Assembly: GCF_006345805.1 (NCBI RefSeq)
Contig: NC_042998.1
Location: 45,694,001 to 45,758,000 of the forward strand
Direction: 5' to 3'
DNA length: 64,000 nucleotides
From: Octopus sinensis
Lineage: Eukaryota
Under the pieces are notes generated by a model. It had not been told where the DNA came from. It did not search any database and saw nothing but the letters and a program-made list of their open reading frames with translations. A program made the translations under genes and the position numbers. Shown in pieces: positions 1-12,643 of this stretch; positions within the stretch are counted from its first letter, which is position 1; every line of letters begins with the position of its first letter.

Positions 1-654
1 CCCATAACTGGAAGTTTTCATAGAAGATTGGAAATGACACTGCTTGTATGATGGTACACTCATTTACATCTATCACACAATTCCAAGATTAGATGACATG
101 AACATACATGCAAGCACACAAATGCGCATACACACATGCACATGCATGCACCTCTCCCCCCACAAGTATGTACAGATGTTACATACACACACACATACAC
201 ACACACACACACACAAACAGACAGTAAGTAAGTTCAGGAGAGGGGGGAAGTCGATTACATCAACCCCAGTACTCAACTGCTACTTATTTTATCAATCCCA
301 AAATAGTGAAATGTAAGTCAACCTCAGTGGAATTTGAACTCAGAACATAAAGATAGATGAAATGCCACTAAGCATTTTGCTCAGCATGGTAACGATTTTG
401 TCAGCTTGCTATTAGAGCTTAAACCTTATTGTATGCATATTGGTTATCAACTAAAAGGGCTGGCAACGGCAAGGGCATACAAAGCATTGCCTTGTAAAGT
501 CATCCAACTCATGCCAGCTCGGAAAAGTGGATGGAGGATGCTAGTGTTTAAACTAAGGAATTTCTTAAAATTTGATCAGATTGGATTGTGTAAGTCTTTC
601 AACCTTCCTTTCAACCTATAAATGCAAAAAGCCCTCTCAGATTTGTCATTCTGA

Positions 655-900
655 GGAATTTCAACCATGTTTCGTGGTCTGCTACCACAACAGTTCCTTT
701 ATAAGATCTAGTTAGCTCAAGACATCATCAGGAGGAACCACGTCCGGTTTCGGCCCCTACTCCTCTACCGTTTTGACATGCCCCCCCCCCCATCCTTTTG
801 GAGGTGTCTTCAGCTCTGGTGTTAGGTGCATGTCTTCTTTTTTCTGTTCCCTGGCCTCTTCGATGTAGCATCAACGAATGTCAGCAGGCGACTGACTGTC
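655..900 (-). mobile_element. Degenerate Penelope-like pLTR remnant
   Basis: - strand has CTGAAGA...GCCGAAACCGGAC and CTGATGA...CACGAAACATG, decayed hammerhead-type motifs typical of Penelope pLTRs. Confidence 0.4.
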
Positions 901-1308
901 TTGTCAAATTTCCCTTCTTTTCTTGGTCTATGGCTTACAAGAAAAAATATCACCTCATATAAGAGGTAGTGGAATTGAAATCAGGATATTGTGATTAAGC
1001 AAATGTCTTAACTACTCAGTTATACTTGTGTTACTAAAGATGATGATAATATATAAACTGTCTTAATTTACTTATTTCAATATCATGTACCAATACATGG
1101 AATAAAGTAAGTGTAGTTGTTATCTGTATTTATGTGGTTAAAAAAAAAAATCAATATTCACGATTGATTATAACAATCTGGTATATAATAAAAAATAACT
1201 ACATAACAATACAACAACTCAACAACAATAATATTAATTGTTTCAACTTTAATAATAATTGTTTCTAAAATAAGCACATGGCCTCAAATTTGGTAGCAGG
1301 GGTTAAAT

Positions 1309-1524
1309 CAGTGGTTCTCAACCATTTCAGACCTATAGACCGTCATAATAATTTGGACCCCCATAATAATTTGATGTTTAAAAAATCTTATATTTTTTTA
1401 ATATAATTAGGAATTGTATGAAAATAATTGTTAAAATATTTTGTATATTGTAAAAGTATAACCAATTTATTGCACATAAATTTTAATGACAAAATCTTAT
1501 ATGAACCCTGGTTGAGAACTACTG
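1309..1524. mobile_element. hAT-type MITE (related interrupted copy about 19451-20229)
   Basis: TIRs CAGTGGTTCTCAACC / GGTTGAGAACTACTG; 8-bp TSD not preserved. Confidence 0.6.
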
Positions 1525-1625
1525 GAATAGATGATTATTTGAAACTCAGACTTATTTTATAAAGATATTTTATCATTAATTGATCCTTTATATATTATAT
1601 TTTTGACATATTGATGCTTTTCCAG

Positions 1626-1699
1626 GGTCTCAAAAAGCTTGGTCTTTCTATTGAGTCATCTTATCTAAGTATACAAAAACTGGTAGTCCGTCTTCAAAA
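1626..1699 (+). CDS. ANAPC4: ANAPC4 internal exon (GLKKLGLSIESSYLSIQKLVVRLQ); upstream exons lie outside the window
   Basis: tttccag|GGT...CAAAA|gtaagt; matches recalled human APC4 GLKKLGQSIESSYSSIQKLV; 74 nt, phase 0 to 2. Confidence 0.93.
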
Positions 1700-2430
1700 G
1701 TAAGTTCTTTTTGGATTATTAATTCTGATATATTTACTGTTGCTTGTTTTTATCTGTTTTCATTTTATTAAGCAGTACATCTTTTATTTTTTTCTTCTCC
1801 TTTCATGCTCTTGCAAATTTACTTACCCATTCACCCTGTCCAATCCACTCTATCACTTTCCTTATATTCACTTTCCTGTCTCTTGAGGGTATGCCTTGGC
1901 ATATCTTCATAATTTTCTCTCTTTTCCAACTACATTAGCTAAAGCAAGACACTTGAAGATGTTCCTTTATCATACTTTAGCCTCCCTTCATCTGGCATAC
2001 CCACCGCTCAATACTACACCACTCTCAATTGTAGGTCTTATCTTGTGCCAGTCCCAAATAAAAAACAAAACATTACACACTGTAAAGTGGTTGGCACTAG
2101 GAAGGGTATCAAGCCATAGAAATCATGCCAAAACAGACATTGGGGCTTCATGCAGTCCTCTTGCTTACTGGCTCTTGTTGAACTTCCAGCCCATGCCAGC
2201 ATGGAAAACAGACAGTAAATGATGATAATCCGCATATTGTTATCATTTCTTATATTCTAAATGTGTATTAGATTGCTTCTTATCCATGATTGTCTATGTA
2301 GCTTATACTTTATAGAATAGTTACTTAACAGTTTAAAGTTGTAACATTGCAAATAATACCAAAAACTTCTCTTCATTAGGTTTACATTTTTCTGAACTTA
2401 ATCCTTTTACTGTGAAATTAAATTTCATGG

Positions 2431-2651
2431 AAGGTGTTTATAAGCCATTTAAGAAACACACAAAGTTTTGTCAGTGAACAGGTCGCGGTCTGAAAGCGAC
2501 GAAAATATTTTGACAAATTAAATTTAAATGTTGAAGTGAATCTAACGGTTTTTGTGTGTTTCTTAAATGGCTTATAAACACCTTCCACACTGCAATTGTT
2601 TTCGTTCCAGCACACGATCTCTGATCAAGTCACTCGCAAGTACATCTCCGT
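2431..2651 (+). mobile_element. Short Penelope-type element with inverted partial copy and hammerhead-shaped motif
   Basis: 15-bp flanking direct repeat AATTAAATTTCATGG (2416-2430, 2652-2666); 36-bp internal inverted repeat 2429-2464/2551-2586; homologous to 30218-30542. Confidence 0.65.
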
Positions 2652-2883
2652 AATTAAATTTCATGGTTATTCTAGTAATGATTTTAAATATTTACAAATC
2701 ACATTGCTTCAACAAACTTGATATAATTTGACGTAACAGAAAATAGTTTCCTGCATGATATTTCTCAAGAAAAGATAGATTAGTATATAAACTGCTTACC
2801 ATAGTTATATGTTAAGCTCCATTGTGATATTGTTTCTTTTCATAAATTAGCTGACAAACGTATTTATTTTCTCCTGATTTTAG

Positions 2884-3036
2884 TGTTGGAGTATCAATAA
2901 TGAATCATCTCAGAGATCTATATGGTATGTCAATGTGGTACGACAGATTTGGTGTTGTAGGTTTGACTAGTAAGAGTTTACATGAAGCAGTTATGGCTTC
3001 TTGTACCTTTGTGATGAAGGCTAGCGAACTGCACCA
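2884..3036 (+). CDS. ANAPC4: ANAPC4 exon (N-VGVSIMNHLRDLYGMSMWYDRFGVVGLTSKSLHEAVMASCTFVMKASELH-Q)
   Basis: ttttag|T...CA|gtaagt; 153 nt, phase 2 to 2; resembles human HLSELKGMASW...FILKANELLQ. Confidence 0.93.
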
Positions 3037-3361
3037 GTAAGTTGTTCTTTTGTTATTGCGTTTGTATCATTATCTTGTTCTTTAAATATTGTCTACAAAA
3101 AAATATACTGAATATTTATGAAAGGTTACATGTGTGTGTGTGTGTGTCATTTACTTGTTTCACTCATTAGACTGCAGTCATGCTGGGGCACTGCTTTGAA
3201 GAATTTTAGTGGAATGTACTTATTATTTTTTTGTAAAGGCTAGTACTTATTCTATTGGTCTCATTTGCCAAACTGCTAAGTTACTGAGATGCAAACACAC
3301 CAACACCTGTTGTCACGTGTTGGTGGGGAGACAAACCCATACACTAAGAGTACACACACAC

Positions 3362-3705
3362 AAAACACAAAATTGGTGAGCCATAACAGGTTGCCTTACA
3401 TACTAGAAGGAACAGTCAAAAAGTCCAAATGGTGGATTTGAAAAATTATAATATAAAAGGATGAGGTGTGTTATTTTGTCTCTAATTTATATGTTAATGT
3501 TTGGCGTATCCACTGATGAGAACTTCGCCCTGCAAATTAGTTTATTTGCTAATTAAAGTTCGAAACCTAAGGTCTGGTTGTAAAACATGGTAAATGTTTT
3601 TATTTTTCATTCCCTTCGAAATTGCTCTTAACTCTGGTTTGGACTTTTTGACTGTTCCTTCTAGTATGTAAGGCGACCTGTTATGGCTCACCTCTTTTGT
3701 GTTTT
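3362..3705 (+). mobile_element. Inverted-repeat-bounded element (probable Penelope pLTR derivative) carrying a hammerhead ribozyme
   Basis: Arms 3375-3429 / 3638-3692 match 54/55 and extend to 3362/3705; hammerhead in the centre. Confidence 0.7.
3510..3577 (+). ncRNA. Minimal type I hammerhead ribozyme motif; predicted cleavage after GTC (3574)
   Basis: CCA-CTGATGA-GAACTT...AAGTTC-GAAA-CCTAAGG-TC-TGG: full core, 6-bp helix II, short palindromic helix III, 3-bp helix I. Confidence 0.75.
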
Positions 3706-4456
3706 AAACGTACACTAATTTTTATATGAAAAATATGTCTATTGACTTTGTATACATGCTAGGCCACTGGTAGAAAAAATTTCTATAATTTTTCGCACCC
3801 TATGTTAATTTATATATATATATGGGCTTCTTTCAGTTTCCATCTATCAAATCCACTGACAAGGCTTTGGTTGGCTCCAGGCTATAGTAGAAGACACTTG
3901 CCTAAGGTGCCATGCAGTGGAACCCAGAATCATGTGGTTGAGAAGCTGGAAGGCTGCACCAGACTCCAGTCTGATTTGGCATGGTTTTCTATGGCTGGAT
4001 GCCCTTCCTAATGCCAACCACTCTTAGAGTGTGATGGATGCTTTTATGTGCCACTGGCACAACACGAGTATCTGTCACAACTGTGAGTTTGCATGGCTTG
4101 ATGGGTCTTCTTCTCAAGCACGACATAATGTCAAAGGTCTCAGTCATTGCCTCCATGAGGCCCAACACTCACAAGGAACTCAGCCACTTTGGCTCACTGA
4201 AGCCCAACGCTCGAAAGGAACTCGGTCACTTTGCCTTCATGAAGCCCAACACTCGAAAGGTGCTTTTTTTTTTCTAACTTTGCAGCCCCTTACACTACAG
4301 TGACATCAAGCCTTGTTTGGGATAAAGTCATATACAAAAGAAAACAAAAGCAAAAAAAAAAAGCAAAGACAAAAGAGAAACCCTTTACAATGCCATTATG
4401 TCTGTTTTCATTGTTAATTTACAACCTATTCAGTGTTTTTCTTTTGTTTGTTTTAG

Positions 4457-4512
4457 AGTAATTGACCGAAGTATTAAAAGTTTAAAAGCCTTTTTCCGAT
4501 GGTTGTATGTTG
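4457..4512 (+). CDS. ANAPC4: ANAPC4 exon (VIDRSIKSLKAFFRWLYV)
   Basis: ttttag|A...G|gtaagt; 56 nt; near-identical to human VIDSSMKNFKAFFRWLYV. Confidence 0.95.
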
Positions 4513-4622
4513 GTAAGTTCAGAGTGTTAATTCAACTCTTATCTATTTTTGGAATAAGTGTTTTGATTTTCTATATATGTTCTCAATTCTGTATACAATG
4601 AAGCAGAAGGAAAACCGCTTAA

Positions 4623-5033
4623 TCTATAATATAAATTGGACATGGATGATCGTTGTATTCTTTCTTGTCTTGAGGTTCACAGCCAAACGGCTGAGTGGAT
4701 TCGCGTGAAAAATGGCACACATGTGGAGACAGGTGCATAGATTGGAATGCAGTTTGTATTTTTTTTCCCAGCCCCCATACTTACCGAGAAAATCAATTTA
4801 AACGTTTTCTAATGGAATTTCCCTTTTTCTTCTGCCATTAAAGCCACCAGTTGCTTAGAAGTTGTTTTCTTACGGGGTGGGGTCAGGAAATTTTCATATA
4901 GCTGGAGGCTCCAATCGAAACAGGGGACCCAAAATGATAAGGTTGACAAATGCTGTTATAGATTATGCCTAACTGAAAGCGATCACAGCCACATCATCCA
5001 AACAGACCGGGTGAAACCGGGCTTAGCTGCTAG
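4623..5033 (+). mobile_element. Non-autonomous Helitron
   Basis: A|TCTATAAT start, CCGG-GTGAAA-CCGG hairpin, CTAG|T end. Confidence 0.7.
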
Positions 5034-5260
5034 TGAATTAATAAACAAGAAAACAGGGTTGAGGAAAAAAAAAAACATTTAAGCAAACTTGCTTTTACTC
5101 AGGTTAGAAAGTTAATCCTTTCATCACCAGTGAGAACACCTAAAGAGGCCTAAGTGCAGCTGGTGTCCATGCTGACCAGTGGTGGCATGAATTTTTGTCT
5201 CCCTCTGATATTGTTCTTTTAACATAGCATATCCTAAGAAATGTTCTCCCAGGACAAGTA

Positions 5261-5670
5261 TTTATTTCTTTATTGCCTATAAGGGGCTAAACATAGAGGG
5301 GACAGACAAAGGGATTGAGTTGATTACACCGATCCCAGTGCGTAACCGGTGCTTATTTAATTGACCCCGAAAGGATGAAAGGCAAAGTCGACCTTGGTGA
5401 AATTTGAACTCAGAACGTAAAGACAGATGAAATACCTATTTCTTTACTACCCACAAGGGGCTAAACACAGAGAGGACAAACAAGGACAGACAAATGGATT
5501 AAGTCGATTATATCGACCACAGTGTGTAACTGGTACTTATTTAATCGACTCCGAAAGGATGAAAGGCAAAGTCGACCTCGGCAGAATTTGAACTCAGAAC
5601 GTAGCGGCAGACGAAATACTGCTAAGCATTTCGCCCGGCGTGCTGACGATTCTGCCAGTTCGGCGCCTCA
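5261..5670 (-). mobile_element. Two tandem copies of SINE family B
   Basis: Reverse complement of the AAGGCGGCGAGCTGGCAG...GTTCAAATTC...GACTTTGCCTTTCATCC...AATAAAGAAATA consensus. Confidence 0.75.
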
Positions 5671-6203
5671 GGACAAATATTGCAGTAACTGGCCTACTGA
5701 CAGTGTGTATTAATTGGCTATTTAAAAAAAAATATTTGAATTGACTAAACAGAACAGGTGGAGATGCATTGGATGGAGAGTTGCTAGAGGTGATGAAACA
5801 TTTCCTGACAAAGGACATAAAATAAGGACAATAATATATCTGAAGTGAAGAATGAATATATAGTGTGTCTGTTTATTTGGCAAAATAAATAAATAAAATA
5901 AATAAATAAATGACCATTCTGTAATATAACAATATCTGTTTCAACACATGATTTCACATCAGTAATTTTGCAAAATAAAAACGTAGATGTAATATTTGAA
6001 TGTTTAGCTCAATTTTTCTCATTTCTTTTAGATGGTTTGTTCATTTTTTAATACACTTTGTACAGTTCATATATAAGCTACAATTTAAAGAACTGATTTT
6101 CATATTTACTTTATAACTTGTCAAAGTAGTTTTTTAAAAAATCTTTTTAAACACCATGACTGTTAGAAAACTATATATTTTTTATATTCTTTAATATTTT
6201 TAG

Positions 6204-6253
6204 TTATGTTACGTTTGGCTGGTGAATTACCTCCAACTCAAGAACTCAGTAAG
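6204..6253 (+). CDS. ANAPC4: ANAPC4 exon (V-MLRLAGELPPTQELSK)
   Basis: ttttag|TT...AAG|gtcagc; 50 nt, phase 1 to 0; human AMLRM...PELNK. Confidence 0.9.
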
Positions 6254-7084
6254 GTCAGCAATCTCACATTTATTTCTTTTATTCTTTTACTTGTTTCAGT
6301 CACCTTTAGTTGAACAAATCGATTCTAGGACTTATTCTTTGTAAGCCTATTACTTATTCTATCAGTCTCTTTTGCCGAACCACTAAGTTACGGGCATCTA
6401 AACACACCGATGTCAGTGTCAAGTGATGGTGGGTGGGACAAACACACAAATACATATATACATGTATGACAGGCTTCTTTCAGTTTCTGTCTACCAAATC
6501 CACTCACAAGGCTTTGGTCGGCCTGAGGCTATAGTAGAAGACACTTGCCCAAGGTGCCACGTAGTAGGATTGAATCAAGAACCATGTGTTTGGGAAGCGA
6601 GCTTCTTACCACGCAGCTACTCCTACGCCTCTGAAGGATTGAAAAATTATTTTTTGAAATGTTAATCTAGTCTTTTACCTATCATATAAGCATATGATTT
6701 TAATGGTGTTGAATTCCTGGATATGAAGAAAATAAATGTCTGTTGTACTAAAGATATAATAAAAGAATTTCATGCCATATTCAGTCCAGTTCAGTTTTGT
6801 GTGTGTGTTATGTATTTCATATTTTTTTGTGACCTCCTTCGGTCATGAATGACCATTGAATTGCACCTAGAAAGTTACCCTCTGAGGTACAAGTCTGGGC
6901 AAGGTTGTTTTATGGAAGACCAGCAGTTGCCCACGCATACCAGCCTCCTCTCTCCATGCCACCAATGTTATCCAAGGGAAAGGCAAAGGCCGATACAGCT
7001 TGGCACCAGTGACGTCGTAGCTCATTTATTAATGTGCAAGTGGCTGAGCACTCCACAGACACGTGTACCCTTAACGTAGTTCTC

Positions 7085-7325
7085 GGGGAGATTCAGCGTG
7101 ACACAGAGTGTGACAAGGCTGGCCCTTTGAAATACAGGAAGAAAGAGTGAGAGAAAGTTGTGGTGAAAGAGTACTGCAGGATTCACCACCACCCACTGCC
7201 GGAGCCTCGTGGAGCTTTAGGTGTTTTCGCTCAATAAACACTCACAATGCCCGGTCTAGGAATCGAAACCGCAATCCTACGACCGCGAGTCCGCTGCCCT
7301 AACTGCTGGGCCATTGCGCCTCCAC
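7085..7325 (-). mobile_element. SINE family C (tRNA-like head)
   Basis: Reverse of the 40577-40884 family. Confidence 0.75.
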
Positions 7326-7872
7326 TGTATTTCATATAGGCATTGTGATACTAATAACCTGGTGTAGAACTCAATATACATATGCTTCTGAACAAACATT
7401 AGTTGAGTACAGAGTGATAATGAGAAAAATGACGACAAAGGAATAAATGATTATCTAATGAACTTACAATTTTGCTGTAGAAAAATCCTGTCCAGCCTCA
7501 ATAAAATCCTGTGCAAGCATGGGAAAATGGATGCTAAAATGATGATGATAAACATCACTACTGTGCAAGATATACAGAGTAAATAAATAATGAAATTATT
7601 GTATACAGTGCTCAGGTGCACCACAACTTGTCAGAGTATATGCAGTAATGTACAAATGTCTGGAAAGCGAACAATGCATGAGTCAGATACATGCTTGTGT
7701 GTGTATGGATGCTGCTCAAATATTTTTAAAGCTTTTATCTAGTAATTGTAGTGACTTTAGTTAATTGTATATAATATAAAAATCCATGATAGTAACAGAT
7801 CATTTTATTTATTAAATAATTATGTTTAAAGTATTCTTAAAATGTATTTTTTATAAATTTGTAATATTGCAG

Positions 7873-7938
7873 ATGACTCAACATGATTTCAACTTTGTTG
7901 CCGAGTTTATTCGTGATAATTTTGATCAGTTATCTCTG
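7873..7938 (+). CDS. ANAPC4: ANAPC4 exon (MTQHDFNFVAEFIRDNFDQLSL)
   Basis: ttgcag|ATG...CTG|gtaagc; 66 nt; human MTQKDITFVAEFL. Confidence 0.93.
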
Positions 7939-9187
7939 GTAAGCATATTAGGTTGTTATTATTTCATGGCAGTTTCACCGAGGTCGACTTTACCTTTCAT
8001 CCTTTTGGGGTCGATAAATTAAGTACCTGTTGCATACTGGGGTTGATCTAATCGACAGGCCCCCTCCCCCCAAATTTTGGACCTTTTGCCTAGAGTTGAG
8101 AAGATTATTTCATGGCAGTGAGCTGGCAGAATTGTTAGCACACTGGACAAAATGCTTAGCACCATTTCATCTGTCTGTACATTCTGAGTTCAAATTCTGC
8201 CAAGGGCAGTGTTGCCTTTTGTCTTTTGTGGTTGATAAAATAAGTACCAGTTGAACACTAGGGTTAATGTAATCCCCTCAACAATTTCAGGCCTTGTCCT
8301 TATAGTAGAAAAAATTATTTCATGTTATATCAGAAATTTTGTTTTTTAAAATTTTGTTTTGTAGATTCACAAAACTTAATCCTTAATGAGATACTGAATG
8401 TCTTCACTTAATTTTGTTGAGAGGTTCTTGGGAAATGCAACTTTAAGTGAAATGACCCAAAGCAAAACCAATTTTACCATAGGTTCAATGATATAAACAA
8501 AAGTTAGATTCCTATGATATATGCCTTCAATATATCCCTTGTCACAAAAGACATCAATAAACTTCTAAATAAAGACTCAGGACACATCATTAAATATATG
8601 TGTGCTATAAATTCTTATGAGAAAGATTATTAAAAATCAATAAGATAAGTTACTTATGTACAATATTTTTTATCAAATCTTATCAATGTTTTCCATCATA
8701 CAAGTTGACATAGTATGTAGTGTAAACATGTAGTGTAAGCAGTCAAGCATTGTAACTATCTTTCTAAATCCAGTTACATTTCACTTGGAGTTTTTGGTCC
8801 TTGACAATTTATTTTGGTCTGAAAAATTCAACTTGTATGCTGGAAAATATGGTATACAGCATCTACTTTTTACAAATACTTCATAGAGTTTACTTTTGCT
8901 CTAAGTAAGTTTCTTGTTGCCATCAAAGATAAAGCTTCTGATTTGCTTTCACACCATATTCTAATTCTACCATTTTGGTGTTTTCCAGTTCATTGAACTG
9001 TTACATAAATCATAAAGTTTATGTTGGTTTCCAACTTTATATTCCATTTTTGGTGAGTTTAGTTCCCATCTGAACAGCAGAAATTGGTGAAGATAGGAAT
9101 AACAGTTTGATAATACCTGCATTTGTGATATTAATTCATACTGGATCCCTTGAATTTATATATTCCATTTATTTTTATGTTTTGAAG

Positions 9188-9238
9188 AATAAAGATGACA
9201 GTAAGAAGCCAGGATTTAAATTAGAGAAAGTTGGCCAG
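9188..9238 (+). CDS. ANAPC4: ANAPC4 exon (NKDDSKKPGFKLEKVGQ)
   Basis: tttgaag|AAT...CAG|gtaagt; 51 nt; human FNVERVGQ. Confidence 0.9.
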
Positions 9239-9479
9239 GTAAGTCACCTTTAAATTCCTACTTTGTGTCTGAATTGAACTGTTATAAGTGAGCTATTTAA
9301 ACACATGACAATACCATATCTATAAGTAATAGTTACAAAATTAACCATGTTAGTCTGATATGGTATCTTCATGATCGTCATTTAATGTCAACTTTTCCAT
9401 GCTTGCATGGGTCAAATGGAATTTGTTGAGGCAGCCATTGCTTGATGGCTAGGGAACATACAAACTCACAGACAAAGCA

Positions 9480-10390
9480 TCATCATCATTCATCATCATT
9501 CATTTAGCATCCGTTTTCCATGCTAGCATGGGTTGGACGGTTCAACTGGGGTCTGGGGAGCCCGAAGGCTGCACCAGGCCAGTCAGATCTGGCAGTGTTT
9601 CTACAGCTGGATGCCCTTCCTAACGCCAACCACTCCGAGAGTGTAGTGGGTGATTTTATGTGCAACCGACACAGGTGCCAGACGAGGCTGGTGAACGGCC
9701 ACGCTCGGATGGTGTTTTTTATGTGCCACCGACACAGGTGCCAGATGAGGCTGGCAGACGGCCACGCTCGGATGGTGTTTTTATGTGCCACCGACACAGG
9801 TGCCAGATGAGGCTGGCGAACGGCCACGATCGGATGGTGTTTGTTACGTGCCCGCAGCACGGAGGTCAGTCGATGCGGTACTGGCTACGGCCACGTTCGG
9901 ATGGTTTTCTTGTGTGCCACCGGCACTGGTACCTCAAAGATACAAATTCCATTGATGTTCATCTATTTTGATTTGTTTTGATTGATTTTCACTTGCCTCA
10001 ACAGGTCTTCACAAGTGTCACAAGAAGGAAGGTATGCACAGGTGGACTGACTATGTCCCAGGTAGGGGCCACGGGTTATGGCCTGACTAGTCTTGCCGGG
10101 TCTTCGGATGGTGTTTTTATGTGCCACCGACACAGGTGCCAGATGAGGCTGGCGAAACGGCCACGATCGGATGGTGTTTGTTACTTGCCCACAGCATGGA
10201 GGCCAGTCGATGCGGTACTGGCTACGGCCACGTTCGGATAGTTTTCTTGTGTGCCACCGGCACTGGTACCACAAAGATACAAATTCCATTGATGTTCATC
10301 TATTTTGATTTGTTTTGATTTTCACTTGCCTCAAAAGGTCTTCACAAGTGTCACAAGAAGGAAGGAAGGTATGCACAGGTGGACTGACTA
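9480..10390 (-). mobile_element. RTE-LINE 3' UTR-type element with (GAT)n tail and an internal ~335-bp tandem duplication
   Basis: Homologous to the 32780-33218 3' UTR; block about 9771-10052 repeated at about 10107-10390. Confidence 0.7.
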
Positions 10391-10404
10391 CATACATATA
10401 TATA

Positions 10405-11666
10405 TTGGGTCATCCCATAAATAATGCGGTTCTTCAATTGCATGAACTAAAAGTCGGAGCAGACAGGATAAACTACTTGCATCAACTTGCTATAAAGCGG
10501 GTAGTAATTTTACCTTGTGCTTATTCTTAGTGCAAATTTTGAAGAGTGCAGTTCAATTTTAACAGTTATTTTTTCAAAGCTATATTGGAAGTGACAAAGG
10601 AGCATATTTGGCATATTTTGTATCATGAGTTCAATAAAGGTAACAACGCAACACAAAGTGCGAGAAATATTAATGCAGTATATGGGGATTGGACAATAAA
10701 CATAAGCCAGTGTCAATGGTGATTTGAGAAATTCCAAGCTGGAAACTACAGCCTAGAAGATGAGCCTCGTCTTGGAAGATCTGTAGACCTCGATAAGGAT
10801 GTCCTGCACACCCTGGTGGAACAAAATCCCATTGTAACTGTTGAGGAACTAGGAGAGAAGCTTGGATTTGGTCATTCAACCGTTCATCAACACCTGTGTG
10901 CCATTGGAAAAGTCAGCAAATTGGGTCGATGGGTTCCTCACAAACTTTCTGAGGCCAATCGCATGCAGAGAGTGAATGTGTGCTTTTCTTTGCTGTCACG
11001 TCTCATGAATGAACCTTTTTTGGACTGAATAGTGACTGGTGATGAGAACTGGGTTCTCTATAAAAATGTCAAGTGCTGAAGACAGTGGGTAGGTAAAGGA
11101 GAAACACCAGCACCCCAGGCTAAAGAAAGTCTTTGCTCACATAAAGTATTGTTATCTGTTTAGTGAGATATGAAAGGTGTAGTCCACTTTGAACTTTTAA
11201 ACCCAAACCAGATGATAACAAAGGCGATCAAATGTGAGTGGCTTAAGAAAAACAACCATTTTTGGTATCAAGACAAAAGGTGTCCTTCCATCAGGATACT
11301 GCTCGGCCACATATAGCGAGGATGATATTCCGAAAGCTGGAGCAGTTTGAATGAGAAACGTTACCCCACCCACCATATTCACTGGACATTGCTCCATCCG
11401 ATTATCATATATTCTGCAGTCTTCAAAATCATTTGGACGGAAAAAATACGAATTCTGTATACAAGGCCAGAACAGTACTGGAGGAGTATTTTTCATCATC
11501 AACAAGTGAATTTTTGAAGAGGGGCCTTGCAAGTCTACTAGATAGATGGAAAAGCATTGTAGAAAATGAAAGAGAGTATATTTTAGATTAAAGAAGATCT
11601 TTGTTTATCTTAATTTTGAAAAATAATAGAAGTATAAAAAACCACATTATTTATGGGATAAACCAA
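10405..11666 (+). mobile_element. Near full-length defective mariner (DD34D) transposon; pseudo-ORF about 10585-11591
   Basis: TA-flanked TIRs TTGGGTCATCCCATAAATAATGCGGT / ACCACATTATTTATGGGATAAACCAA; WVPHKL, IVTGDExW, HQDTARPH, PPYSLDIAPSDY motifs; many stops and frameshifts. Confidence 0.92.
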
Positions 11667-11750
11667 TACATGTGAAAGGTTGTTTTCAGTTTTTATATAC
11701 TAAATCTGCTGCAAGACTTTGGTTGGCCTTGGGCTATACATTTCTGCCAG

Positions 11751-11979
11751 TGGTGAGCTGGCACAAACGTTAGCACACCGGGTGAAATACTTAGCAGTAT
11801 TTCGTCTGCCATTACGTTCTTAGTTCAAATTCCGCCAAGGTCGACTTTACCTTTCATCCTTTCGAGGTCGATAAATTAAGTACCAGTTACACACTGGGGT
11901 CGATGTAATCGACTTAATCCCTTTGTCTGTCCTTGTTTGTCCCCTCTACATTTATCCCCTTGTGGGCAATAAAGAAATA
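11751..11979 (+). mobile_element. SINE family B
   Basis: Family consensus ending AATAAAGAAATA. Confidence 0.75.
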
Positions 11980-12643
11980 GGGGCTATAGAAGACACTTGT
12001 CCAAGGTACCATAGAGTGGGACTGAACCCAAGATCACATGGTCAGGAGCAAGCTTCTTAACTACATAGCCATGCCGATGACTATAAGGCATATTGAATGA
12101 AATACTAGAAACTTCTTGTAATGATGAGAACATAGTTCTCTTGGCATAACTTGTAGCACACAGCTACGTAACTGACAGCTGGTCACTTCCAACGCATGAA
12201 ATATAGTTGAGTTTTTAACATTTTTCTGTATGCTATTGTCTGATGGATTACGTTGTAATCTGTATGCTATTATCTAATGGATTACCTTTCATGCGAGCAC
12301 ACACACACACACACCACACCACACCAAACACACACACACCAAACACGCACGCACGTGCACACACACACACACACACACACCAGAATAGAAGAATCAGCTA
12401 TCAACATCAGATCTCCTTACATTTCTTGAAGAAGGGCGTCCTAACCCTGAAATATTGAAATACATGAAATAGTATTAACCATCAACCTGCGTTATTAATT
12501 GTTTATAAATTGCATTGTTTTGGTTTAAAAAAAAGCTATTTAAAAGACATATCAGACAAGGCTTCATAAAAAACTATACTACTCTACTATCTACATATAT
12601 TTAGTGTTCTGTTTCAAAATATAAATGTATATTTTTTCTATAG

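Noticed and set aside
655-830. Functional hammerhead on the - strand
   Set aside because: Cleavage site reads GAC instead of GTC and helix II does not form next to the core; treated as a decayed Penelope remnant.
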